Source of the DNA: a virus
Length of the DNA stretch: 64,000 nt
Virus record (IMG/VR): IMGVR_UViG_3300046474_000370
Span: 1 to 64,000 of that record
Reading direction: 5' to 3' (one strand)
Positions within the stretch are counted from its first letter, which is position 1. Each line of letters begins with the position of its first letter. The notes beneath the pieces are model-generated. The model saw only the letters and a list, made by a program, of their open reading frames with translations, was not told where the DNA came from and did no database searches. Positions 11,801-23,800 of this stretch are shown here, one piece after another. The position numbers and the translations under genes were made by a program.

Positions 11801-14800
11801 AGAGCGCGCAGCGCTCGATCACCAACGCCCACTACACGGACCCGATCACGGTCACGACCATGTGGAACATGGTGCGCGCGCTCGGCTTTACCGGCGGCCG
11901 CGTGCTCGAGCCGGCAATGGGCATCGGTAACTTCTTCGCCATGATGCCGCTCGACCTGGCCGAGAAAAGCCAGCTGACCGGCATCGAGATGGACGCGCTG
12001 AGCGGCGGCATGGCCAAGGAGCTGTACCCGAACGCGAACATCCAGATCAAGCCGTACCAGGACAGCAAGACCGCGGACGGCTTCTATGACCTGGTGATCG
12101 GCAACTGGCCGTTCGATAAGGATGGCCCGAGCGACCGCCGGTACATGAAGCTGAACCCGTCGCTGCACGACTTCTTCTTCCTCAAGGCGCTCGACCAGAC
12201 CCGCGCCGGCGGGCTGGTGGTGGGCATCACCAGTGCCGGCACGATGGACAAGAAGGGCCGTGCCACGCGCATGGAACTGGCCAAGAAGGGCGAGCTGGTG
12301 GCTGCGTTCCGGCTGCCGTCGGGCGCGTTCGAGAAGTACGCCGGCACGGCCGTGGTGACCGACATTATCGTGCTGCGCAAGCGCGAGACGCCCGGCAGCG
12401 GCCTCGAGCCGTGGGTCGAGCTGGGCGAGACCAAGGTCCCGGCTGGCGAGAAGATCGAGGTCAACAGCTATTACCTGCAGCACCCGGACCATGTCCTGGG
12501 CACGCTGAATTTCGGGCATGGCAGCACCTATGGCCGCCCGGCGATGATCGTCGAGCGCCCGGCCGACCTGATGGAACGGCTGGCGCAGCTGCCGGGCAAG
12601 ATGCCGGCCGAGACCTACCAGCCGCCGGCCAGCCGCAAGCAGGTCAGCTACCTGAGCAACAACACCGACGACCGCGAGGGCAGCGTGACGCTGGCCAAGG
12701 GCAAGCTGTACGTGGTGCGCGGGGAACGCCTGGTGCCGCTGGCCGACGAGGTCAAGTACGAGCTGAAGGACAAGGCCAAGACCGCGCAGCGCGAGGCCCA
12801 GCTGCGCCAGCTGATCGCGATGCGCACGGCATACGGCGCGCTGGTGGTGGCCGAGCGCGCGGCCGACCCCAAGACCGAGGCGCTGCGCAAGGATTTGCTG
12901 GGCAAGTACCAGGCCTTTACCAAGGCCTACGGCACGCTGGAGGAGTCGGACGGGCTGCGCATCCTGCGCGGCGTGAAGGACCCGTACTACTTCGCCCTGG
13001 CCTCGCTGGAGATCAACGGCAAGCCGGCGCGCATTCTGCGCGAGGCGACGCTGCGCGGGCGCAAGAAGATGGCCAACCCGAGCGTGCGCGAGGCGTTCGT
13101 GATGGCGCGCAACGAGAGCATGGACGTGAACCTGGCCACCATCGCCAAGCTGAGCGGCAAGAGCGAGGCGGCGGTCGCGGCGGAACTGGAGCAGGCCGAC
13201 GCGATCTTCAAGACCCCGGCCGGCAATTACGAGGTGGCCGATATTTACCTGTCGGGCAATGTGCGGCGCAAGCTGCGCGAGGCCCAGGATGCGCAGGCCA
13301 ACGCGCCGGCCGGCCAGGCGACTCCCGATTTCGCGCGCAACATCGCGGCGCTGGAACGGGTGCTGCCGAAGACGGTTCCGTACTTCAAGATCGAGGCCAA
13401 GCTGGGCGCGCCGTGGGTCAAGGCCGAGCATTACCACGACTATGTCGCCCGCCTGCTGGGCCTGACGCGCGACGCGGACAAGGCCGGCGTCGATGTGGCG
13501 ATGGTCAATGGCTCGTGGAAGGTCAAGTTCACCGACAAGTCGCTGAACAACCGGCCGGAAGCGGTGGCGCAGTGGGGCACCGGCTACCGGGGGGCGTCGC
13601 TGGACAAGATGCTGACGGCGGCGATGAACAACCGCAGCATCACGATCAAGACCCCGGACGCGGACGGCAACCTGCAAGTGGACGAGGCGGCCACCAAGGA
13701 GGTCAGCGAAAAGCTGGTCAAGCTGCGCGAGGAATTCGGCAACTGGATCTGGAAGGATGTCGAGCGCCGGGTCTGGCTGGAGCAGAACTACAACGAAGTG
13801 ATGAACGCGATCGCGACCCCGCGCTTCGACGGTTCGTTCCTGGAGTTCAACGGCATGACCCTGCGCCGCGGCGAGGACCCGTTCTCGCTGCGCCAGCACC
13901 AGGTCAATGCGGTGTGGCAGGGGCTGGTCAACGGGCGCGGCCTCTACGCGCACGAGGTCGGCACCGGCAAGACCTACACGATGGCGGGCCTGGCGGTCGA
14001 GTCGCGCCGCTACGGGCTGGCCAAGAAGCCGCTGATCTTCGCCCACAACGCCAACAGCGCGACCGTGGCCAAGGAGTTCAACGACATGTACCCGGCGGCA
14101 CGGGTGCTGTACCTGGACAACCTGACGCCCGAGGACATCGACGTGCGCATGCGCCAGATCGCCAACGACGATTGGGACGCGGTGATCGTGCCGCACTCGC
14201 TGATCGGGCGCTTCGCGCTGACCGAAAAGACGCTGATGGAGATCGCCGCCGAGGACATCGCGGCGATGGAGCAGGAGGCGCTGGACGCGGCCAGCGACGA
14301 CGGCGCAACGCTGACGATGGCCATGATGAACGACGAGGATGCGATGAAGAAGGTGCGCAGCGCGACCGCCAAGGAGCTGGTCAAGGCGCGCAACAAGATC
14401 ATCAAGAGCATCAAGGACATGGCGCTGCGCTCGTCGAAAGAGAGTGCGGTGTCGTTCGAGGACCTCGGGATCGACATGGTGATCGTCGACGAGGCGCACG
14501 AGTTCAAGAAGCCGCCGGTCGCCACCAAGATGAAGATGCGCGGCCTGAACACCGGCACCTCGAACATGTCGATCGCGCTGCGCTTCTTGACCGACTACGT
14601 CAAGCGCGAGAACAACGGGCGCGGGGTCCACCTGTTCACCGGCACCCCGATCACCAATACCCTGACCGAGCTGTACAACATGATGCGCTACGTCATGGAT
14701 GACGTGATGAAGCGCGACGGCATCAAGGATTGGGACAGCTGGTTCAACACCTTCGCCGATTCCAACACCGACGTCGAGCTGACCGCGGCCGGCGAGTACG

Positions 14801-17800
14801 AGGCGGTCACGCGGCTGGCCAGCTTCGTCAATACGGCCGAGCTGCGCCGGATCGCCGGCGAGTTCATGGACATCGTGTTTGCCGACGACATGCCGGAGTT
14901 CGCGCCACGCCCGACGTCGACCGGCAAGACCATGAGCGACACGCTGAGCGACGCCGAGCGCGACGAGCTGATCAACGGGCGCAGCGAGCAGCCGGTGGGC
15001 CGGCCGTACAAGAAGATCGTGGTCGATACCGCCCCGCTGGGCAACGAGCAAAGCAGAATGCTGGACCACTTCAAGGCGCTGGCCAGGCAGTTCAAGCAGG
15101 CCACCAAGAAGGAGCGCCGCGAAATGATGCTCAGCGGCCACCCGGCCAGCCCGCTGCTGGTCGAGACCGGGGCCGCGAACGCCGGCATGGACCCGCGCCT
15201 GGTGGACATGGATGCCGCCGACGAGCCGAACAGCAAGGTCAACCGGCTGGTGCGCAACGTCGCCGCGCTGTACCAGCGCGACGCGCGGGCGACCCAGGTG
15301 GTGTTTCTGGAGCGCGGGTTTGTCGATGAGGCGACCCGCACCAAGACCAACCCGGACGGCACCAAGACCGTGACCAAGGTCAAGAAATTCAACCTGGTCA
15401 AGGACATGGTCGAGAAGCTGGTCGCGGCCGGCGTCAAGCCGGGCGAGATCGCCGTGGTGGACGGTTCGACCAGCAAGGAAAAGCGCAAGCAGATCGCCGA
15501 CCTGATGAACAAGTCGAAGATCCGGGTCGTGATCGGCAACACCAAGACGCTCGGGGTTGGCGTGAACATGCAGGAAAACCTGCGCGCGATGCACCACATG
15601 GACGCGCCCTGGATGCCGGGCGAGCTGGAGCAGCGCAACGGGCGCGGCTGGCGCCAGGGCAACAAGTGGAACACCGTGCTCGAGTACCGCTACATCACCG
15701 AGCGGCTGGACGGACGGCGCTGGCAGGTGCTGGCGGTCAAGGACCGTTTCATCAAGCTGTTCCTGAAGGCCGACGAGAACACCCGCATCATCGACGGTGA
15801 TGCGGTCGACCTGGAGGAGGGCGAGGGCGGCGGTGACCTGGCGGCCACGCTGTCGGAGGCGGCAGGCGACCCGCGCGTGCTGGTGCGCGAAAAGCTCAAG
15901 GCCGATATCGAGAAGCTGGAGAACCGCGAACGCCAGCACACCTATGCGCTGAGCGATGCGGCCGACATGGCGCGGAAGCTGGCGACGGAGACCGAGCGGC
16001 TGGCACAGCAACTGCCGCTGGTGCAGGCCGACGCGGCGCAGTTCGAGGCGGCACGCGCGACCTTCAGCATGACCATTGGCGGCCAGCAGTACACCGAGCG
16101 TCCCGCCGCCGACGCGGCGATCGCCGCGGTCGAGGCCCAGCTGAACGGCGATAAGGTGACGCAGCGCCAGATCGGCAGCATCCACGGCTTCACGCTGACG
16201 CTGCAGCGCTCCCTCGTCGGCTACTACGTGAAACTGCGCGGCAAGCAGACGTTCGAGGCCGGGGTGGCCAGCGTGGCGTCGATCGAGGCGGCGCTGCGCA
16301 AGCTGGCCAAGACGGCCGCCGAGACCCAGCAGAAGATCGCGGACAACAAGGCCAGCTACGTGCGCATGGTCGAGATGCAGAAGGAGCCGTTCGGGCAGGC
16401 CGCGCTGCTGGAGAAGAAGCGCAAGATGCTGGCCGACCTGATCGCCGATCTGGCGCGCAACCCGGAGCCGGCACCGGGCTGGCTGCGCCACGGGGCGCCG
16501 GCCAATACCGCGATCTACGTCGGCGGCGAGCAGCGCGTGGTGGAAGGGCACAAGGCGAACAAGGACGGCTATTTCCTGGTCACCGAGGCCGGCGATGTGC
16601 CGTACCTCGACGCCACCGACGCCAGTGGCATGCCGTTGTTTGAGCCGGTCAACGGCGAGGAGCGCGGGCTGACGCTGAGCGCCCCGCCGAACATCCTGGA
16701 TGTACGCCGCCAGCGGCGCGCCGAGGACCGGGAGCGCAGGGGAACGGACCCCGACCCGGATGTGGCCAAGCTGTCGCGCGGCAGCGCGGGCCGGGGCATG
16801 GCGCACGGTGTCGTGCGGCAGCTGGCCGACGCCATCGCCAGCCGCTGGCACGAGGCGCCGCCGGTGACGGTGGTGCAGCGCGTGGCCGATCTGCCGTTCG
16901 CGGCGCCGGCCGATACCCGTGGCGCCTACGCGCAGGGCCGCGTGTGGCTGGTGGGCGACAACCTGCACACGCCCGACGAGGTGCAGTTCGTGATGGCGCA
17001 CGAGGTGCTGGGGCACCGCGGGCTGGCCGCGATCCTGGACAAGCAGGCGCTGACCCAGGAGCTGAACCGGCTGCGCCTGATCAACCCGGAACTGGCCAAG
17101 GCGGCGCGTGCGCAGGCGACCAAGTACGGCTACGACCTGACGCTGGCGACCGAGGAGGCGCTGGCCGACATGGCCGGCGAGGGCAAGGCCATCAACGGCT
17201 GGCAGAAGTTCGTCAACCTGGTGCAGCGGGCGCTGCGCGCGGTCGGGCTGGACCGGGCGGCGGACTGGATCGAGGGCAGGACGGCGGCCGAGACCATGAG
17301 CTTGCTGCGCCGGGCCCGCGAGGCGATCGAGGGCGGCCAGCAGCCGCACCTGTTCGGGCAGGCGCAGGCGGCCGCGTTCTCGGATGGCGCACCGAGCCGC
17401 TGGTATTCGGCGCTGGCGCGCAAGGTCGAGGCGCTGCCGATGAAGGCGGCACCGGCGGCGCAGTGGGTCGGCACGCTCAACGGGCTGGCCAAGCAGGGCG
17501 TCAGCACGGAGGAAATCGAATGGTCGGGCGTGACCGACTGGCTGCGCATGCAGGATGGCAAGGTCAGCAAGGCGCAGCTGCTCGATTACCTGGCGCAGAA
17601 CGGGGTGCGGGTCGAGGAAGTGATGCACGCGGAGCCGGACGACACGGCCGACCGCGAGACCTTCGTCGACGGCGAGGTGGAGCAGGACCGCGCCGCGCAC
17701 CAGCGCGAGGTCGACGAGATGATTGCCGACCAGTTGGGCGATGCGGCCGGCGGCCATTACGTGGCCGAGACCGAGGACGAGGACGGCAACACGGTGTGGG

Positions 17801-20800
17801 CGCTGCGGCAGGACGCATCCGACGAGGACCTGGAGCTGTTCGACGACGAGGGCAAGGCGCAGGCGGCGGCCGACCTGGCCAACGAGCGCCATGACGCCGA
17901 GCGCGAGACGGACCTGCGCAACAACGCCACCGCGTTCGACGAGGACGCCGCGCGCCACCGGGCCGAGCGCGAGTGGGACCAGCACCACGCGTCGGACGAC
18001 ACCCGCAGCTACCAGCAATACACGCTGCCGGGTGGCGAGCATTACACCGAGCTGTTGCTGACGCTGCCGCAGCGCGAGCCGTCATTCGCGCTGGACGACT
18101 ACATCGGCGAGTTGAGCGACAAATACGGCTGGGTGATCGACGGCGTGCTGCACACGCCCGGATGGAGCGAGGCCGACCTGACGCAGGAGGAGCTGGCCAA
18201 GCTGCGCAGGTTGCAGCAAGATGACCTCGAGGAGCGGGCGCAGCGGGCCAACGCTACCTATCAATCGCCCCATTGGAGAGCGACGCGTAACGTGCTGGCC
18301 CATATCCGCGTCAACGAGCGGCGCGACGTTGACGGCAAGCGCGTGCTATTTGTCGAGGAATTGCAGAGTGATTGGGCGGCCGACAGCCGCCGCCATGAGG
18401 TGGCAATGCGGAAGCTGCGCACCGCCGTGATGGAGGCGGCCACGGCGCGCGGCGCCGACCTGGCAGCGGTGGCGCAGGCATTCGATTTCATCAGCGAGGA
18501 GCCGTTGGAAACGACGGAGCGCCCGACGACCTGGGCCTGGGAGTTGCTGCGCACGGCCACTGGCGACACCGTCGACCTGAACGCGATCCACGCCATCCGC
18601 GACGACCTGCCGAAGCCGGCCGCAGCGCCGTTCACCGGCCAGACCGGGGCCTGGGTCGCACTGGCGATCAAGCGGGTCATCGCGTACGCCGCCGAGAATG
18701 GGTTTGACACGGTGGCGTTCGTCAACGGCACGCAAAGCACCGAGCGCTTTTCGCTGCGGCAGCGTGTCGAGGCGATCCGCTATGTGCGGAAGGATGGCGG
18801 CAAGTATGACGTGTGGGCGGCCGACGAGAGCGGCGCGGCGTTGAACCGCACGGTCGACCAGCAGGGGCTGACGCCAACCGAAGTCGAGAAGTTCGTCGGG
18901 GTCGAACTGGCCGCCAAGATTTTCAAGGGCGAGGGGGTCGAGCAGGACGGTGACATGGTGCTGTCCGGCCTCGACCTGGAGCTGGGCGGCGAGGGCATGA
19001 AGGCCTTCTACGACCAGATCGTGCCGAAAGTCGCGAATGACGTGCTGAGGAAGCTGGGCGGCGGCAAGATCGGCTCTGTCTTCTTGCCGGATATTTATCG
19101 CGAGCCCGAAATGACCGGGCTCGACGCGGACGGCGAGGGGGTTTTCGACGATGGCCACAGCGGCGAGCAGCCCGGCTTCGACATCACCCCCGAGCTGCGC
19201 GCCACCGCGCTGGCCGGCCTGCCGCTGTTCGCGCGTGACGCCAATTGGGGCCGCTCGGTGCGCGACCCGAACTACCGCCAGGTGGTCAAGCGCACCCCCG
19301 AGCTGCAGGCCGCGGCCCAGCAGCTGAAGGACGGCAAGCTGAGCAAGGCCGAGTACGCGCGCCTGGTCGAACAGTACAAGCCGGCCAGCGAGTATGCGTT
19401 CGTGCCGCCGCCGGCGGGCGAGCAGGACATGCGCGAAGCGCTCAGCTCGGACAAGGTGGCGCGCATCGGGGCGCCGCTGGCCACGCTCGAGGCCGGGCAC
19501 CCGGTCGGGCTGCGGCTGGATATCCCGGCCTACGCCAACCACGGCGTGTGGGTGGTCGCGGTCCACGAGCAGCTGGCCAGTTTCGCGGCCGGCAAGTCGA
19601 TCGGCTATGACAGCATGGCGGCCGTCACCAACGCGACCTTCGGGGTGGTGCAGCGCGCGGCGCTGGATATCGCGGCCGGCAAGGCGAAATCGACCATCGC
19701 CGTGATCAAGGGCAGCTGGCGCCCGATCTCGCGCGAGAAGGCGATCGAGGCGGCGCAGCGCGCGCTGGCCCTGCCCGAGTGGCGCCAGGTCGGCATGCAC
19801 CCGGAGCGCCATGCGTATTTCTTCGACCGCGGCACCATGCGGCCGGTGGTGGCGGCCGATGCGGTGATCCAGGTGGGGCCGCTGGTGCTGGCGCGGAATG
19901 TCAAGTACGGCAGCATGGATGATGTGCTGTTTTCGCGCGGAGATACCGCGTCGGTGGACCATGTCGCGGCCGGCATCACCCGCCGTCAGTTCCTCGCCGC
20001 CGCCGCGCTGGCGGCCACCGTCGGCAGGGCGCGCGCTTCCGCCGCGCTTGGCAAAGCCCAGGCCCTGCCGGGCGACATCCTCACCCAGCCGTTGCCGGCG
20101 TCGGTCGCGCAAACCTTGCGCGGCACGGGGAGCGGCATGGCCAATCCTGACGGTGCTCAGGCGGTCGACGCCGCGCTGGGGCAGATCGCCGGCCACGGCC
20201 CTGTCGAGCTGCGCGCGCTGGCGGCGCAGATCCGTTCGCTGACCCCGGCCACGGATACGATGCTGACGGTGGACGACAGCACGGCTGCCGACGCACACGG
20301 GGAGGTGGCGCTGGACGGGCCGGTCGCGCACTTGAAACTGTACACCGCTGGCGGGCGCACCGGGTTGACCTACGAAACGTTCCTGCATGAGGCGCTGCAC
20401 CTGGCGGTGGCGGCGCGCTACCAGACCATCGCGGCCGCCACGCAACGCGGCGGCAGTGACGCACTCCAGATGCCAGCGCCGGCGGCGGCCGCCGCGATGG
20501 CGCAGCTCACCGACCTGTGGCAGGAGTTTGGGCGCGCGGTCAAGTCGCGCCCTGCGCCGACGGACAAGGCCACCAGGGTCTCGGTGGTCGAAGCCGTCTT
20601 GCATCAGGACGAGTTTTTCGTGCGCGCGCTGACCGACCACCGGCTGCAAGCGTACATGGCAGGCATGGAGTATGAAGGCAAGAGCCTGCTGCAACGGTTC
20701 AAGGATTGGGTTGCCGGCTTGTTCGTGAAGGATGGCGTGCGACCGTCGTGGCTGGACGCGGCGCTGCTGGCGTCGGGTGAACTGGCCGGGGCGATGCCCG

Positions 20801-23800
20801 ACGACCGGGCCGACTTCGCCCGCTTTAACGCGCTCCACGAGCTGCCGGCAAACCTGACCTCAACCCAGCAATCGGCAGTGGACGCCGTGCTGTTCTCGCG
20901 CGCCGACGTCACCGACACGCCGGCGTTCAGGGGATGGTTCGGCAACAGCAAGATGATCGACGGCGACGGGCGGCCGCAGGTCATGTACCACATCACGACC
21001 GGCGACTTTTCGCAATTCACGCCGGGTGGCGCCGATGCCAACCTGTCCGGGCCGGCCATCTGGCTGACTCCGGACAAGGGAAACCAGAATGCCGCGCACA
21101 ATGTCGGCGGGTTTTACGGCAAGTTCCGCGATGGCGCCAACGTGATGCCGCTGTACGTGAAGATGGAGCGCCCACTCTACATTACCGACCAGCACGAGTA
21201 CCAGGAGGCCAACAAGCAGTTCAATCTGACCGGCGGGTTCCCGCGCGCGCTGACGCAGGGCGAAGTCGAGGCGATCCGGGCGCGTGGCTATGACGGCATC
21301 TACTTCGCCTCGTACAACTCCGCCGAAGGCTATGACCTGGCTACCGGGCGCAACGTCGAGGTGATTGTGTTCGACGGCGGCCAGCTCAAGTCGGCCACCG
21401 GCAATTGGGGCACGTTCGACCCCGACGACCCCGACATCCGGTTCTCGCGCGTGGGCGACAGCATCAACGCCACCTGGGAGTCGCTGCGCTCGGCCGCGAC
21501 GCTGGGCAAGATCACCGCCAACCTCAACGAGGTGCGCCAGAACCACAAGGATTTCAACCACTTCAACTGGTACGACAAGTCGTTCTCGACGCAGTACAAC
21601 AAGGCGCGCAAGGATGCCGATTTCGCGCGCGTGTTCGACGCCGCCCAGCAGCAGTCGGACGACACCGCGCGCTATGCGATCGAGGGCGAGGTGCTGGCGC
21701 CGGATGTGCTGGTGCGCCTCGAGGGCTTCGGCGCGATCGTGAAGGCGCTGCGCAAGGGCGGCAAGCGCCACACGGCCGACATGAATGCGATCGCCAAGCC
21801 GCTGTTCGCCAACATCGAGGGGGTGCAGGGGGTGGGGCAGCGGGTGTATTCGAGCCGCGAGCTGGAGCGCGATTTCGGGCTCAACCCGCAGCAGATCGAC
21901 ATGTACCGCCAGGTGCGCGCTTCGGTCGATACCTCGATCGTGCGGCTGGCGCAGACGGCCGTGATGGCGGTCGGGCAGGCGCAGGGGATCGCGGTGGCGC
22001 ACATGAAGGACATGTCGCTGGAGGATACCGCCGCGCTGGTTAAGGAGGCGCTGTGGGACCGCGAGCGCGAAAAGCATTTCGCCGATGTGGTCATGGCCGA
22101 AGCGGAGGGCAAAGCGCCGCCGCGCTACTTCGAGCCGGACATGACGCACCTGGACAATATCGACGGCATCGCCGAGACTGCGACCTTCTTGCAGGAGTCC
22201 GGCTACATGCCGGCGATGCGTTTCGGCGAGTTCGCGATCACGGTGCGCGACCCGCGCAAGGCGCCGGGGCAGGATGTGGTCGCGTTCGAGACTTACGACG
22301 ACGAGATCCCGGCGCACCGCGCGGCGGCCCGCCTGGCCAGGCAGCATCCGGGGATGACGGTGACGCGCTCGCGCATGAACGACGAGCAGTACCGGATGTT
22401 CAAGGGGGTGTCGCCGGAGACGGTGATGCTGTTCGGGCGCTTCATGGGGCTGGACAAGGAGCAGGCCTACCACGACTACATCGCGCTGGCGTTGTCGGCG
22501 AAGGCGGCCCGCAAGCACGAGCTGGCGCGGGCCGGCGTGCCGGGCTTCTCGCGCGACCTGGTGCGGGTGATGGCGGCGTTCCTGCTGTCGAACGCGCGCC
22601 AGTCGGCGATCAACGTCAACGGCCAGAACCTGAGTGCGGCGCTGGCCGCGCCGGCGTTGCAGAAGAAGGGCGACGTCCAGAAGGAGGCGCAGCGGCTGGT
22701 CGATTACGTGGCCAACCCGAACGAGGAGGCGCGCCGGCTGCGTGGCTTCATGTTCATGTACTACATCGGCGGTTCGGTGGCGTCGGCGCTGGTCAACCTG
22801 ACCCAGCCGGTGCTGCAGACGCTGCCGTGGCTGACCGAATTCGTCGGCGCGCGCGCCGCTTCGGTGGCGCTGGCGGCGGCGCGCATGGCGGCCACCGGCA
22901 ACGTGGCGCCGCACCTTCGCCACGCGCTCAGCCGCGCCGATGCCGACGGCCTGACCCAGCCGAAGGAAATCCACATGATGATGGGCGACGCCACCGGCTC
23001 GGTGCTCAGTTCGCACCTGACCTTGCGCGCGCTGACCCAGGCGTGGGGCGGCTTCTTCGGCAAGGCCGAGCAGTTCAACCGGCGCCTGACCTTCCTGGCC
23101 GCCTACCAGGCCGCGCTCGACATGGGCAAGGAGGCGGTGCGCGCCAAGGGCTTCGAGGACGCCTACGACTTCGCCAAGCGGGCGCTGGCCGAGACCCAGG
23201 GCCTGTACTCGAAGGTGAACCGGCCGAACTTCGGGCGTGGTCCGATCGGCTCGGTGCTGATGACGTTCCGCCAGTTCTCGATCACGTATCTGGAAATGCT
23301 GATGCGCATGCCGTGGCAGCAGCGGCTGGTCGCGCTGGCGTTGCTGACGCTGGGCGCCGGGGTCGAGGGCTGGCCGTTCGCCGAGAACCTGGAGGATGTG
23401 ATCGACACGCTCGGCCAGTCGCTCGGCTACAACACCAACAGCAAGAAGGAGCTGCGCAACTTGGTGGGTCCGTGGCTGATGCACGGGTTGAGCGGCATGA
23501 CCGGCGCCGAGCTGTCGGGGCGCATTGGCCTCGGACGCATGTTTCCGGGCACCCAGCAGCTCAAGCTGTCGGACGCGCGGCGCGACACCAACGACCTGGG
23601 CGGCCCGTTCGGCTCGCTGATGCAGGCGGCGCACGATGCGGCGATGGCGGCGCAGGCCGGCAACCTGGCCGGGCCCAGCGGGGCGGCGGCCAAGCTGCTG
23701 CCGACCGCGCTCAAGAACATGGCCGCCGGAGTGCAGATGGGCTTTACCGGCCACTACCATGACAGCACCGGCCGGGCCACCACCGCGACCACGTTCTACG

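Noticed and set aside
12411-14702. Long alternate-frame + strand ORFs inside the giant gene (also 9348-10352, 16944-17894, 22053-23762)
   Set aside because: R/G/A/P-rich off-frame reads with no codon-bias switch, unlike 11213-11560.
1516-18042. 5508-aa minus-strand ORF (also 18346-20838, 20860-24405, 38516-40531)
   Set aside because: Antisense shadows of high-GC3 genes. R/V/L/H-rich, with no motifs.
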